This document shows positions 26,121 through 39,479 of a stretch of DNA of 64,000 nucleotides, piece by piece. Source of the DNA: Octopus sinensis. Lineage: Eukaryota. The position numbers were made by a program, and so were the translations under genes. The stretch's first letter is position 1, and every line of letters starts with the position of its first letter. The notes beneath the pieces are model-generated. The model was not told the origin of the DNA, searched no databases, and saw nothing but the letters and a program-made list of their open reading frames with translations. Location of the stretch: assembly GCF_006345805.1 (NCBI RefSeq), contig NC_043005.1:98332001-98396000 (forward strand), in the 5' to 3' direction.

Positions 26121-27004
26121 GAGGAACCCAAAAGTAACTGGAAATGTTCTCTGTAGAACAAACCTGTTGTGGTTCAGGCTTCTGCTGCTAGAAGCCACTT
26201 GATGTGACCTTCAGGCATCAGTCTGCCGACTGGTGGCATCAAATGGTGTCATACTGTCATGTGATACATCTTTGTTTTGCAGTGCTTCTCCCCAGTTTGT
26301 TGAATTTTGTGGCAGATGAAATGAAGGAACAGCATGCTTCCATGAAATTCTTTTTCACTGCTGGGGAAAATGGCAGATGAAACAGTTGTCATGCATAAAA
26401 CAGCTTACAAGGATTCTGCCACGAGCAAACACAAATTTACAAGTGGTTTCCACACTTTTGGAATGGTCACTTGTCGCTTGAAGACCAACTTTGTTGAGAA
26501 TGATTTTCAACCTCCTGAATGAATGAAAACATAATGAAAATTCACAAACTGGTCTTGGAAGAACCATCACTGAACAATTGCCAAACTTGATTTGTCCGGT
26601 GTGTCCTGGAGCTTCTGTGAACGAATTTTCAGTGAGGAACTACAAATGAAAAGGGTTGCAGCAAAATTTGTGCCTTACTTGCTCACGGAAGATCAAAAGC
26701 AGTCACGACTGAATGTGTGTCATGAACTGAAAGACTATCTGGAAGTTGACCCAGACTTTTTCTTCAAGGTTATCTCTGGTGATGAAAGCTGGTGCTATAG
26801 AATTTGCAGATGTGGAAGAGGAGAAGGAAAAAATGAAAGTGGCACTAAAAGGCATCTCTTTGCAAAAGTTCCAGCAGTGCTTAGAATAGTGGAAAATGCA
26901 CCTGGACTGATGCATTGCTTCAAAGATGATAAAGGTGCAAACAGGTAAAACTAAGGGAATAAAATAATATTGCAGAATTCCGGTTTCTTTTGGGTACCCA
27001 CTTG
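26117..27004 (+). mobile_element. Internally deleted mariner transposon
   Basis: TIRs ..ggaacccaaaagtaactggaa / ttccggtttcttttgggtaccc. Transposase relic RIFSEELQMKRVAAKFVPYLLTEDQK...FFKVISGDESWCY then jumps to the C-terminus. Confidence 0.85.
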
Positions 27005-27018
27005 TGTGTGTGTATATA

Positions 27019-27054
<36 letters not shown>

Positions 27055-27111
27055 TGTATGTCATGTATTATGTATATATCTTTATATATGTATGTATGTA
27101 TGTATATATAC

Positions 27112-27150
<39 letters not shown>

Positions 27151-27221
27151 ATATATATACATACATACATACATATATATAATGATATATACATACATAC
27201 ATACATATGTATATATATATC

Positions 27222-27253
<32 letters not shown>

Positions 27254-28324
27254 TAGAGGAGAGAGAGATAGCTAGCTAGCTAGATAGATAGATAGACAGG
27301 TATCAATGTGAGTGTCTTTGTGTATGTTTACCCCTTTCCATCACCATCACTTGATAACCGCTGTTGGTTTGTTTATGTCTCAGTAATTTAACAGTTTGGC
27401 AAAGGGGACTGATAGAATAAATACCAAACTTAAAAATATGTGCTACGGTTGATTTCTTGATTTGTTTGACTAAACTCTTCAATGCAGTGCCCCAGCATGG
27501 ACTCAGTCTAATGACTGAAACAAACAAAAGATAACATGCAAAAGAAGCTATTAAATTATACCCACAATTCCCATATTCCACATGGAATATACCAACAAAT
27601 GACATATTCCATAACTCCTCATCTGATATCTCCTATATCAGGTAATTCCACACATGGTATATATCTTACATTGGATAACACCACAGATGATATATTCGAT
27701 ATCAGATAATTCCACAGTTAATGTACCTTATATTGGATAACTCCACAGTTGATATCTCCTATATTGGATAATTCCACACAATTCTCTGTGAAATAAAAGA
27801 AATATTGAGAAGAGATTATTGATTATTATCAAATATGTTTGAAATAAAATGAATTATTGTTCACAAACATCAAGAAATAATAATGAGATTTATTGTGTAT
27901 CAATATGGCAGCCTTCTTGTTCTGTTCCCCTCTCTCCATCTCTCTCTCTCTCTTTCTCTCCCCCTCTCACACATACACAAATATACAGTCTTATATTTCT
28001 CGTCTATCAACTAGTCTACCTTTCTCTCTGTCTCCCTCTTTAATTCACCTTCGCACCTTTTTACTCTCTTTCTCTGCATACAGGCAGTCTTGCTGGCAGA
28101 AATGAACATACATGCATACATGCAATCATACCTATGCACATATGAACATATATATATATATATATATATATACGTAATATATATATATGTATATGTATGT
28201 ATATATGTGTGTATATATATATATATGTATATATGTGTATGTATATATATATATATGTCTATGTATATATATGCCTGTAAGTATATATGTATATATATAC
28301 ATACATATATATATATATATATTA

Positions 28325-28377
<53 letters not shown>

Positions 28378-29209
28378 CATAAATAAATCATGTATACACA
28401 TATACATGCACGCATACAAACATACATACACACACATATTCACAGATATACATACATATGACACACATATATCAGACATCTTTGTAAATTTAAAGAACTA
28501 TGTGGACAAACACGCACCAATCACATCATACCTTATACATATACACATTGACTATATATATATATATATATATATATATCCCCATACACATAAACTCCGT
28601 ACATTATGCACACATACAGCAATGGTAAATATATTAGTGATATTAATGTAGAATCTTCAATTGATCTTCAACAAAAACATGAAATTCTTTAGTATTTCAA
28701 CAAATTATAGAGTGAATTACTGTGCTTTGTGGCAGGCGATATATTATTGTAAATTTTCTTTTCAGTAAAAGACTGTCTTGTAGAGTTTGTTGTCACCATT
28801 ATCTCTTTCTCCACCACAACCACCACAACCACCACCACCATCATTATTAACAATATTGTATTTTTCACACCAATGAAACAACCTCTTCACTATTAGAAGT
28901 AGTTGCCAAAAATTTTGGACCTGAACTATAGTTTTTTTGTTTTTTGATGCATACAATCCAAAAATGACATCCATTTATTACCATTATGTCAAGATTTAAA
29001 GATACTGGAACCATAGAATTTCATTGTTTTTTTCTTTCTTTCTTTTTTTTTTTTTTTCAATGAAATAGCTTGTGAGGAACAAGGCATAATATACAAACAG
29101 AAATTGATTTTCCTTAAAAAGCAGAATGTCTCTTTAAAATTCTACTGAAAACTAGAAAAATCTTAAAATTTCTACGAACAAATTACATCACTGATTATGC
29201 CTAATTTCT

Positions 29210-29900
29210 CATGAATTTACATTTGGATGATTTTCTTGAGTGCTGAACCTCAGGGAGCTCCTGAGCCGAGTTCCAGCAATAGTCTGCCATCATATGCAAG
29301 TCCCATCTGCATCAATACTTTTGTTCCTTTGATTTTACATCCTGATGGAAACATACTCCCTGCTTGTCACTAGTGTCACCAAGATTTTCAGGGAATTCAT
29401 CAAAGAGTTTATGGAGATAGTGGAACTTTATGCTCATATTTGTTCCCAACTTTTGAAAGTCCTCCAACATGTTGTCAACTATTGCGGCATAGTTGGCTGC
29501 TCTCTCGTTGCCTAGAAAGTCATTTACAACTATTAGAAATGAATTCCATGCTACTGCTTCAAAGCAATTCATTGAACTTACAAAATTCCCATCTTTTTTT
29601 CAATTTTCTGATATGCTACCCATCAAATACTCCAGCTTTTATCTTTTCACTGCTCAGACCAGGAAATGTTCTGCAAATGTAGTGAAAACATGGCCCATCT
29701 TTATCCAGAGCTTTAACAAACTGCTTCATAATGCCAAGTTTTGATATGAAATGGGAGTAGCATGATTTTCCCCCAGTTGAACCAAAGGATCTGCAACCAC
29801 ATTAAAAGACCCTGGAGCTAATGTTGGCTGTGACCGTTATTTTTCTCCAGCTCTGCAATCCTACATACATAGAATAAAAAACATGGGTATTTGGTGTATC
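29210..29900 (-). mobile_element. Degraded DNA transposase, probably Chapaev-3 (CMC) type
   Basis: NMSIKFHYLHKLFDEFPENLGDTSDKQGVCFHQD resembles the remembered consensus NMSLKIHFLHSHLDFFPENLGAVSDEQGERFHQD. The family name is from memory. Confidence 0.6.
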
Positions 29901-31345
29901 CACTTGGTTGCCCCAGGAGAGCAAAATGTCCACACATGTCACTCACTGATGATTGTGGTGTTTGGGTGTCTTGAAATCTAGACAAATGAATTCCATTTAT
30001 AGATTCAGCATATCAAATTGGAGCCTGGTGCAGCCATCTGGTTTGCCAGTCCTCAGTCAAATCGTCCAACCCATGCCACCATGGAAAGCGGACATTAAAC
30101 GGTGATGATGATGATGACATGCAAAAGTTCCATGTAGAAAGTTATGTAATATTAAGAAGGGAGATCATTTAGGGTCCTAGGACACCTGATATTTCCACTA
30201 CGAAATGTTCCAAAAGGAAATTATAGAAGAGCAAAGGTAAACGATAGAAGCACAGAAAGCAGGAGGAGGAGGAGGAGGAGGACCAGAGGAAATAAAGAAA
30301 TTGGGTCATTTTGTCATGCTGGCAGGCATGCAACACATATTTTCTTATGGTGACTCCTTTCTATAATTTTCTGTGAATTTCACTAACAACATCTTTCAGT
30401 TTTCCTCAATCCCAGATTCCCATATCCCACTTTTTTGGATGATTTGAGAAATAATGTAAAGATTTTTGATACAAACATAAAATAATACTACTGGTAATAA
30501 TGATAGAATAGATTCCTGGCATTTACGTCATGCAGAAAGCTCTCTATATCTTTCTATATCTTGTCATTTCCACTGTAATACCCTCTGTAAATGCTTTAAT
30601 ATATCTGCCACATTTTAGAATTTCCGCAAAGTTATATCGCTGAAGACACCTACATTTTGGGGAAAGCAACTGTAAGAGAAGCACATTTTGATTCAGTAAC
30701 CAACACTTTAAAAGTGGATCCTTGATATGCACCATATTTTAAAAGAAGATAGCAACTATAAAACTCTTTGATGTCTCTCTCAGTTCCAGTCAAAATCTAA
30801 AAATTTCACAGAAAGATCTCTTGAAAGATATTTTTCGTACAAACACATTTTATTTCTTCATTGATGAATTAACAATTAAGATTATTAACATAAGTGCAAA
30901 TATGAGATAATTATAAGTACTAACTTCAGACAGAAAAGACAAACAAGCTCACTGAATAGATTCACATTATAGATCGATTATTTGCAGTTAACATTTACAC
31001 TACAGAAACCTTGCTTAAATCTGTTTTTATTCTTTTTAATTTGTAAATTCAATTATTTATTTCAATTGTATTTGTGTGTGTATGTGTGTGTGTGTATGTG
31101 TGTGTGTGTGTGTCTGTGTTTGGTTGTTGCTTTTTTTTTTGGGAAAATGTGAGTGGTAGAAATGTTAGGCCTGCTTTATCCTATAAAATTTTATCCCTTT
31201 ATGTTATAAAGGGACTTATGTTTTATCTCTATCTCTCCGAGGTTGATTACATAAGTAGTAGGCAAGTTCTGAAGTTCATTCAATTGACGAAATGCATTTC
31301 ATGTAAATGTCATCAAGTGCTCATGTGAGAAATCAATATTTCAAA

Positions 31346-31406
<61 letters not shown>

Positions 31407-32329
31407 TGTATGTGTGTGTGTGTGTGTGTGTACATTACTAAATGTTGAACAAATGAGAAAGAAATGCTTAACACATGTTATAAAAGATATGGTTTTTATT
31501 AAAACTGAAGCTGAAAATTACTTTCGACTTGAGTTTTATGCCAATTTGTTCTTCAGGCACAGGGCATGTTTCCTTCCAAGGTATCCATGTGTATATTGTG
31601 CCATATTCTATTGGTTTCTTAGTTCATTAGGAGTGTTCAACCTCATAATGCGCATTTAATTGTATATTGCTTAATTTTAAATGACTATACAATGAGTTAG
31701 ACACCCGAAGATCACAGCGGCAAGGAACTCGAGTGATGGGATAAACCCTCAGCTTCAGATGTAGCATAAAAAATATATATACATGTGTGTGTGTGTGTGT
31801 GTGAAGGTCCTGGAGGGTTAGAATGATGGGATATTCCTGATGCAGCACTCAGCCTGAGATTGAGGCTATCTACACTCCTGAATTGTAGTCTTACGTAAGA
31901 TTGAAAGTCTTCTGGTGTAGAAACTCTAGGTATCCCATTGGTAAAACCAATGGCTGCCAATTCAACATATGTGTATTGAAGTTTTTCATCCTCCTATATA
32001 CATGTGCGAGACACTATCACACATTTATATGTTTCATATGGAGAACTCTCCCTTGCCGGTATTGTATGCCTTCTTCGGCAAGCAAATAAGAAAACATCTA
32101 CACGATAACTCCACTTGCAAGATGGAGCAACCAAATATCAGGGCAAAATTTATCTGCCATCTTAAGAATATAACATTGAATGATATATGTGTGTAAGTGC
32201 ATGCATGTGTGTGTGTGTGTGTGTATGCACACACTAACACACTAATGTATGTGTGTACATATGCACACTGTATATATGCGTGTGCATGTATGTGTATGTG
32301 TATATATCTCCTTCTCTTTCTCTTTCTCT

Positions 32330-32409
<80 letters not shown>

Positions 32410-33339
32410 GAGACTCATATATATTAAATTATGTTGGTGTATGTGTTTATATACACACACACACACATACACATATGTATACAGTGAGAGAGAGAGATAG
32501 GGGGGGGAGATGTAATATACTATGAAACAACTCAAAGCTAAACTGTTTGGTCTGTCTGCAATTTGAATAATAAGTCTTTGATCAAATTATATCTGAATTT
32601 CCTATCAATAAATGAAGAGAATCTTTCAATAACATAGACATAAAATATATGTGAAGCTCTGATTTATATTCCTAATTGATATAATTGTTTATCTCAAGAT
32701 AAATATAGGCTTAACACGACAGGGAGTATCATTGCTCCTCTGCATGTTATTATATCTACGTGGCATACTTTTAATTCTGCCTTAACTGCATTTACTTACT
32801 AATAGAAATATTGTCATAAGGGATAATATATGTAAGCTAAGGAACAGGTTGAACTCTGATTGAACTAGATCTGCTATCCTAAACATTACTTTGTACTTCC
32901 GAGACACAATAGTGTTGATATTTTAATATATTTAAACATTAGATTTAGGCATTTGTCTCCCTACTGTTTTCTGTTAAGTGTGTATAAGACTCCCATCTGC
33001 CTCCACAAATCTGAAGTGAGTTAGAAAAAGAAAGGTAATCTGTTATAATTTTCCATTCACACTAGATATTTCTGCTAATATAGCCAGGAGCTTCCTGTCC
33101 TTAAGTAGCTAGCATTTCCCTAGAACCCATGGATATTATAAACTTTTCAGTTCCCATAACGTTAAAGTAAGCTATTCCTGTTTAGATAACATCACTTTCA
33201 ACATTGCACATTATAATGGAAACAATCATACATTCACACAATCTCTGCCCCACACTTCCACCTGCAACTGTTGGAATCTTACCTACTGTCCACTAGGAGG
33301 ATTCTAATTCACAAAAGCCATAGTCTATAAACCCACCCT

Positions 33340-33660
33340 TACACCATCTGATGGTATTACAGGCTATTATACAGACATGAGAGCTAATAACTTCAAGGAG
33401 GGATATTCGCAGCACACACACTGCTTCAGATGACAGGGAAACTCTACCACCTTGTCCAATTTTGTCTGGAAATTCTTGGACTACAAGTAATACCTCACTC
33501 GGCATCAAATGAGAAATTTTCAATAGGGTCTCCCTTTAATCAACTTGAGCTTGTACCATGCCTCTGAGAAAGGATGCACGTACTCCAACAGTCTACAATA
33601 TCTATATCTATAGAAAGACTGATATTTCATATGGTTGTCAAAAAAGATAACATTATCATA
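33340..33660 (+). mobile_element. Penelope-like GIY-YIG endonuclease relic
   Basis: NFKEGYSQHTHCFR*QGNSTTLSNFVWKFLD...CL*ERMHVL follows the PLE pattern FK.RY..H..SF...T.LS..IW...CL.EK..I. Confidence 0.55.
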
Positions 33661-33904
33661 GGGTGCTTTTGATGTATTCCAAACCATAGTACCCTGATAA
33701 TCCAAACATATTACCATAAACCTAACTTTACTATCAAAGCTGCTTGTACAGAGATTATCACTCTTCATTTCTACATTTCTATGACCCAGCAGATGCACCA
33801 GGCACATCTGCATCAAACATCACACACTTCTTTTCTTTGATGAGCCAAACATCTTTTTCTGAATTCATACAAATAACCTCAAAAAATATGCATATATATA
33901 TATA

Positions 33905-35117
33905 TCATCATCATCATCATCATCATCATTTAGCGTCCGTTTTCCATGCTAGCATGGGTTGGACGGTTCAACTGGGGTCTGGGGAGCCCGAAGGCTGCAC
34001 CAGGCCAGTCAGATCTGGCAGTGTTTCTACAGCTGGATGCCCTTCCTAACGCCAACCACTCGAGAGTGTAGTGGTGATTTATGTGCCACCGACACAGGTG
34101 CCAGACGAGGCTGGCGAACGGCCACGCTCGGATGGTGTTTTTATGTGCCACCGACACAGGTGCCAGACGAGGCTGGCAGACGGCCACGCTCGGATGGTGT
34201 TTTTATGTGCCACCGACACAGGTGCCAGATGAGGCTGGCGGACGGCCACGATCGGATGGTGTTTGTTACGTCCCCAAAGCACGGAGGCCAGTCTATGTGG
34301 TACTGGCTACGGCCACGTTCGGATGATTTTCTTGTGTGCCACCGGCACTGGTACCAGAAAGATACAAATTCCATTGATGTTCATCTATTTTGATTTGTTT
34401 TGATTTGATTTTCACTTGCCTCAACAGGTCTTCACAAGTGTCACAAGAAGGAAGGTATGCACAGGTGGACTGACTACGTCCCAGGTAGGGGCCACGGTTA
34501 TGGCCTGACTAGTCTTGCCGGGTCTTCGGTTGGTGTTTTATGTGCCACCGACACAGGTGCCAGATGAGGCTGGCGAACGGCCACGATCGGATGGTGTTTG
34601 TTATGTGCCCACGTCACAGAGGCCAGTCGATGCGGTACTGGCCACGGCCACGTTTGGATGGTTTTCTTGTGTGCCAACGGTACTGGTACCACAAAGATCA
34701 AATTCCATTGATGTTCATCTATTTTGATTTGGTTTGATTTGATTTGATTTGATTTTCACTTGCCTCAACAGGTCTACACAAGTGTCACACACTTGCCTCA
34801 ACAGGTCTTCACAAGTGTCATAAGTAGGTGTCACACACTTGCCTCAAGGTCTTCACAAGTGTCATAAGTAGGAAGGTATGCATAGGTGGACTGACTACGT
34901 CGCCGGGTCTTCGGATGGTGTTTTTATGTGCCACCGACACAGGTGCCAGATGAGGCTGGCGAACGGCCACGATCAGATGGTGTTTGTTGTGCCCACAGCA
35001 CGGAGGCCAGTCGATGCGGTACTGGCTACGGCCACGTTCGGATGGTTTTCTTGTGTGCCACCGGTACTGGAACCACAAAGATACAAATTCCATTGATGTT
35101 CATCTAATTTGATTTGG
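33905..35117 (-). mobile_element. Multimerised 3' UTR of the same RTE family with internal 62-63 bp minisatellite
   Basis: Reverse complement of 37925-38484. (CAT)n tail at 33905-33930. Unit ttttatgtgccaccgacacaggtgccaga.gaggctggc.gacggccacg.tcggatggtg repeated. Higher-order junctions at about 34528 and 34910. Confidence 0.8.
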
Positions 35118-35181
35118 ATGAGTGGATCATATATCCAAAAAAGAAGCAGACTCTAAACAAATGATAGAGCAGTAATAGATT

Positions 35182-35358
35182 TATAGGAAGTTAATTATAT
35201 GGTTATATGGCCTGTCATATTCTGACCAATGGTTTTGCATCCATAGAGCACTTAGCCTTATAGACAGCTCATCAGATTCCAATGGCCCATTGGAGTCTGA
35301 ATGCTTTATGGGTGTTAAACCATTGGTCACTCTATGACTGGCCATATAATTAACTTCC

Positions 35359-35362
<4 letters not shown>
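35182..35362. mobile_element. Fold-back element with a decayed inverted hammerhead pair
   Basis: Arms tataggaagttaattatatgg / ccatataattaacttcctata. Minus copy CTGATGA..aAAA CCATTGG TC. Plus copy gagt CTGA..AAA CCATTGG TC actc. Confidence 0.55.
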
Positions 35363-35390
<28 letters not shown>

Positions 35391-35420
35391 TATTTTATCT
35401 TATATATATATATATAATAT

Positions 35421-35452
<32 letters not shown>

Positions 35453-36459
35453 AAGATAAAACTTACTTGGAAATGGGTGCGTGGTGTTCGATTGTATAAT
35501 AAACACCCATGTAACAAAGTCGCGTCTTGTCCTTACCTTCAAAACATAGAGTAGATAAAACAGGGGACAACTGATAAAGGGAATTTCCTTTATGTTGCCT
35601 GTCTCGTTTCTCTGTTGTTTGTCTTTTTCGTTGTTCAAACAAAGTTTGTTTTCTATGTTTGTTTTTGCTTTTCATGTTCTCGTTTCTCATTTTGTCTACA
35701 TTTTTTTGATGTTCTTTACACATATATGATTGTATATATACATATATATGTAGGCACGTATATATATGTATCTATATATGCATATATTTATATATTATTT
35801 ATATTATATGTATATATTTATATATATATGTAAATATACACATAAATATAAATGTATACAGCTATACATACAAATGTATGTGCATGCATGAGTGTGCATG
35901 TGTGTGTGTGCATGCGCGTGTGTGCACGCGTGTGTGTGTGAAATATGTTAGCAATCAGCCTAAACAACTGCTCAGTCCATCTCTGTATATCTAGCAAGAA
36001 TGACTAGATATTTTTACTAGATTTGCTGAAACAAAGAAAGCTGTCTGCTGATAGATAATAAATATATCCTCTCCAGCCAACGTTTGTATTCAATGCTTAT
36101 TTGATCAATGGTCCTTCCCGCTCTCTACCAGTGCTACTACACACAGACAAACATACATATATAATGATATCGCACTATTATTAATGCTTAGTATCAATTG
36201 TATCAATGATATATAGTTGTTATGCAGAAAAGAAAAATATAAACTAGAAAGTATAATAAACAATGCAGAAAATAAAACAGAAATTAGGTTTGGAGAGTTA
36301 GTTATCCTCTCCTTTTTTCAATTTATTCTTCTTTACTGATCATATGGTTATATTGTCTGTTGTTGATTGATAAATTTATACAAACTTTAGGTTGACTTAT
36401 TTACTTATGGAATCACTGCCATTGGTTATTGCACATGTACATGTGTATATATACATATA

Positions 36460-36960
36460 TATTGTCAGGTCACTTTCAAGTGCTACTGGTAACATGTAAC
36501 CCAGTACAACCTGTTGCATGGTTGGGTCGTCAGCGACTAAACCGGCAACCCCACCAAGCTTGCTTGGTGAGGAGGATGTTTTTTGGACACCCTGCGGGAT
36601 GAAAAACAAAACCCGTCAAAGGGCAGAGGAACTCTTGAGAGTCAACGGCCATCCAATAAATGTCTTAAGGCTGTATCATGCGCGGGGACATAGAAATAAT
36701 CGGACTGAATACCCGATCGCGTGATTAAATCATTGGGAGTGAAGGACTCCTAGCCTTTGTTAGGGCATCCTTCTAGATGATAACTCAGGTAACTGGGATA
36801 ACTCCGACATAAAACCTGCGGCTCAGTGGTTACCGATGATGTTGACTTGTTCTTCTTTTCGGATTATGACTGCTGTTGCTTAATGAGTGGGATTGACTCA
36901 ATGCACAGCCTTTCCTCACTTTAAAAAAAATCTTCTTGCACAGGCATTGCATGATAACAA
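36460..36960. mobile_element. Unclassified CpG-rich repeat-like segment, possibly a LINE 5' region
   Basis: More GC- and CpG-rich than its flanks, no convincing ORF, separated from the RTE copy at 37032 by (TA)n. Confidence 0.35.
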
Positions 36961-37031
36961 CATTGATTAAGCTTCATGCAATGGCCATACTCGATAACGA
37001 GGGGGCAGCACCATATATATATATACATATA

Positions 37032-38484
37032 CTGAAGGAGAAGTTTCAGGTGTGGAAGCAAGGATTAGAATCGAAGGGCCTTAGAGTCAATCTAGCTAAA
37101 ACCAAAGTCCTAATAAGTAGGAAGGTAGACAAATCACAAACGCCTTCAGGTAGATGGCTCTGCTCGATCTGTAGAAAAGGTGTAGGTAGAAACTCTATAA
37201 GATGCACCAAGTGTAAGCTATGGACACATAAGAGGTGCAGCAATGTCAAAGGAAGGCTAACTAGGAAGATAGTTTTGTATGTGGCAGATGCTCAGGAGCA
37301 ATAAACACTGAAAATGCTCTGAGACCAACTTCTGCCACATTCCAAGGAGAAAAACTAGAAATAGTTGATAGCTTCCGTTACCTAGGTGACCAAGTCAGTA
37401 GCGGGCGGTGGGTGTGTTGAAAGTGTAAGTGCTAGAGTAAGAATAGCTTGGGCAAAGTTCAGAGAGCTCTTACCTCTGCTGGTGACAAAAGGCCTCTCGC
37501 ACAGAGTGAAAGGCAGACTGTATGATGCGTGTGTACGAACAGCCATGCTACATGGCAGTGAAACATGGGCCGTGACTGCTGAAGATATGCATAAGCTCAC
37601 AAGAAATGAAGCCAGTATGCTCCGATGGATGTGTAATGTCAGTGTTCATACTTGACAGCGTGTAAGTACCTTGAGAGAAAAGGTGGGCCTAAGAAGCATC
37701 AGATGTGGTGTGCAAGAGAGACGTCTATGCTGGTATGAACATGTGGTAAGAATGGATGAAGATAGTTGTGTGAAAAAGTGCCACACCCTAGTGGTTGAGG
37801 GAACTTGTGGAAGAGGCAGACCCAGGAAAACCTGGGACGAGGTGGTGAAGCACGACCTTCGAACTTTAGGTCAAACCGAGGAAATGACTAGAGACCGAGA
37901 CCTTTGGAAGTATGCTGTGCATGAGAAGACCCGGCAGGACAAGTGAGACCATAACCCGTGGCCTCTACATGGGATGTAGCCAGTCCACTTATGCATACCT
38001 TTCCTTCTTGGGACACAAAACTCCACTTGTGAAGACCTGTTGAGGCAAGTGAAAATCGAAATCGAAATCGATCAACATCAATGGAAATTGCAGCTGTGAT
38101 ACCAGTGCCGGTGGTACGTAAGTGAACCATCCGAACATGGCCGTTGCCAGCGCTGCCCTGACTGGCCTCGTGCCAGTGGCACGTAAAAACCACCATCCAA
38201 TCGTGGCCGTTGCCAGCTTCACCTGGCCCCTGTGCCGGTGGCACATAAAAAGCACCATCCGATCGTGGCCGTTTGCCAGCCTCGTCTGGCACCTGTTCCA
38301 GTGGCACGTAAAAAGCAACCACTACACTCAAAGAGTGGTTGGCGTTAGGAAGGGCATCCAGTCGTAGAAACATTGCCAGATCAGACTGGACCTGATGCAG
38401 CCTTTGGCTTCCGAGACCCCAGTTGAACTGTCCAACCCATCCTAGCATGGAAAGCGAATGCTAAAAGATGATGATGATGATGAT
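37032..38484 (+). mobile_element. 5'-truncated RTE-clade LINE with PHD-like finger, long 3' UTR and (GAT)n tail
   Basis: GLRVNLAKTKV..CSICRKGVGRNSIRCTKCKLWTHKRC, then YLGDQVSSGGG..LHGSETW..GRGRPRKTWDEVV, stop at 37946. About 530-nt 3' UTR ending gatgatgatgat. Stops and frameshifts present. Confidence 0.85.
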
Positions 38485-38489
38485 ATATA

Positions 38490-38532
<43 letters not shown>

Positions 38533-38552
38533 TAAATATATATATATATATA

Positions 38553-38764
38553 AAACATTATTGGTGAATTGAAGAAATGGAGCTGAACGCAGATTGAACA
38601 GAAATCGTTTTATTTCATTCTACACGTGTTTCGAAAGGCACAAATTACCAAAATCCGATTGATAATTTGGTAATTTGTGCCTTTCGAAACACGTGTAGAA
38701 TGAAAAAAACGATTTCTGTTCAATCTGCGTTCAGCTCCATTTCTTCAATTCACCAATAATGTTT
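38553..38764. repeat. Near-perfect palindrome, about 100-bp arms, 13-nt spacer
   Basis: 38553-38652 and 38666-38764 are reverse complements apart from a short indel. Contains GAAACACGTGTA. Confidence 0.85.
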
Positions 38765-38911
38765 AATTTCAATTATCCGCACCAACGCACGGTTGCAACG
38801 CCAGATGGTTGTACCTCCAACCGTGCTGTTTACTGCTGTGATTTTTGCTACTAAGGTATCGGTTAAACTTTTGATTAATCTACTACAAGATTATTCATCT
38901 TTCTATTTCAC

Positions 38912-38947
<36 letters not shown>

Positions 38948-39479
38948 AATATATATACATATATATACACACACACACACACACATATGTAAAGAGAGAG
39001 AGGGAGGGAAGGAGGGAGGGAAAGAGAGATAGAGAGAAATTGATAAATTTATATATACACATGTAATGGATATATGTTTGTGTGCGTATATATATAGGTG
39101 TATATGTGCATCGGCATGTGTATATGTATGTGTATACATATATGTATATAAAGACATACACATATGTGTGTGTGTTTGTCTATATAAAATATTTATCTCT
39201 GTGTGTGTGGGGGGGTGTGTCTATGCATTTATAAGTGTGTGTGGGAGTTTTTATTAAAAATATCTGTCTATCAATCTATATTTATAGATCCTAACTACAC
39301 ACAAACACACACGTTCACACACACAGTTTGGTGTACAAGTGGTGGAGATTAAATATTCATCTTAATGGTATCACTAGTTTTGCATTATTGAATGTTTAAC
39401 AGGTACAACAATCACCTTTGATTATTCAGTTATAATAACCCTGATTTGTGAGGTATCCATGGCTGCTAAATAAAGTTCA

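Noticed and set aside
34079-34265. CRISPR-like regular repeats
   Set aside because: The 62-63 bp units are contiguous with no unique spacers and are part of an RTE 3' UTR in a eukaryote.
35560-35610. CTGATAAAGGGAATTTCCTT hammerhead-like start
   Set aside because: No downstream GAAA or stem III. At most a decayed PLE-type remnant.
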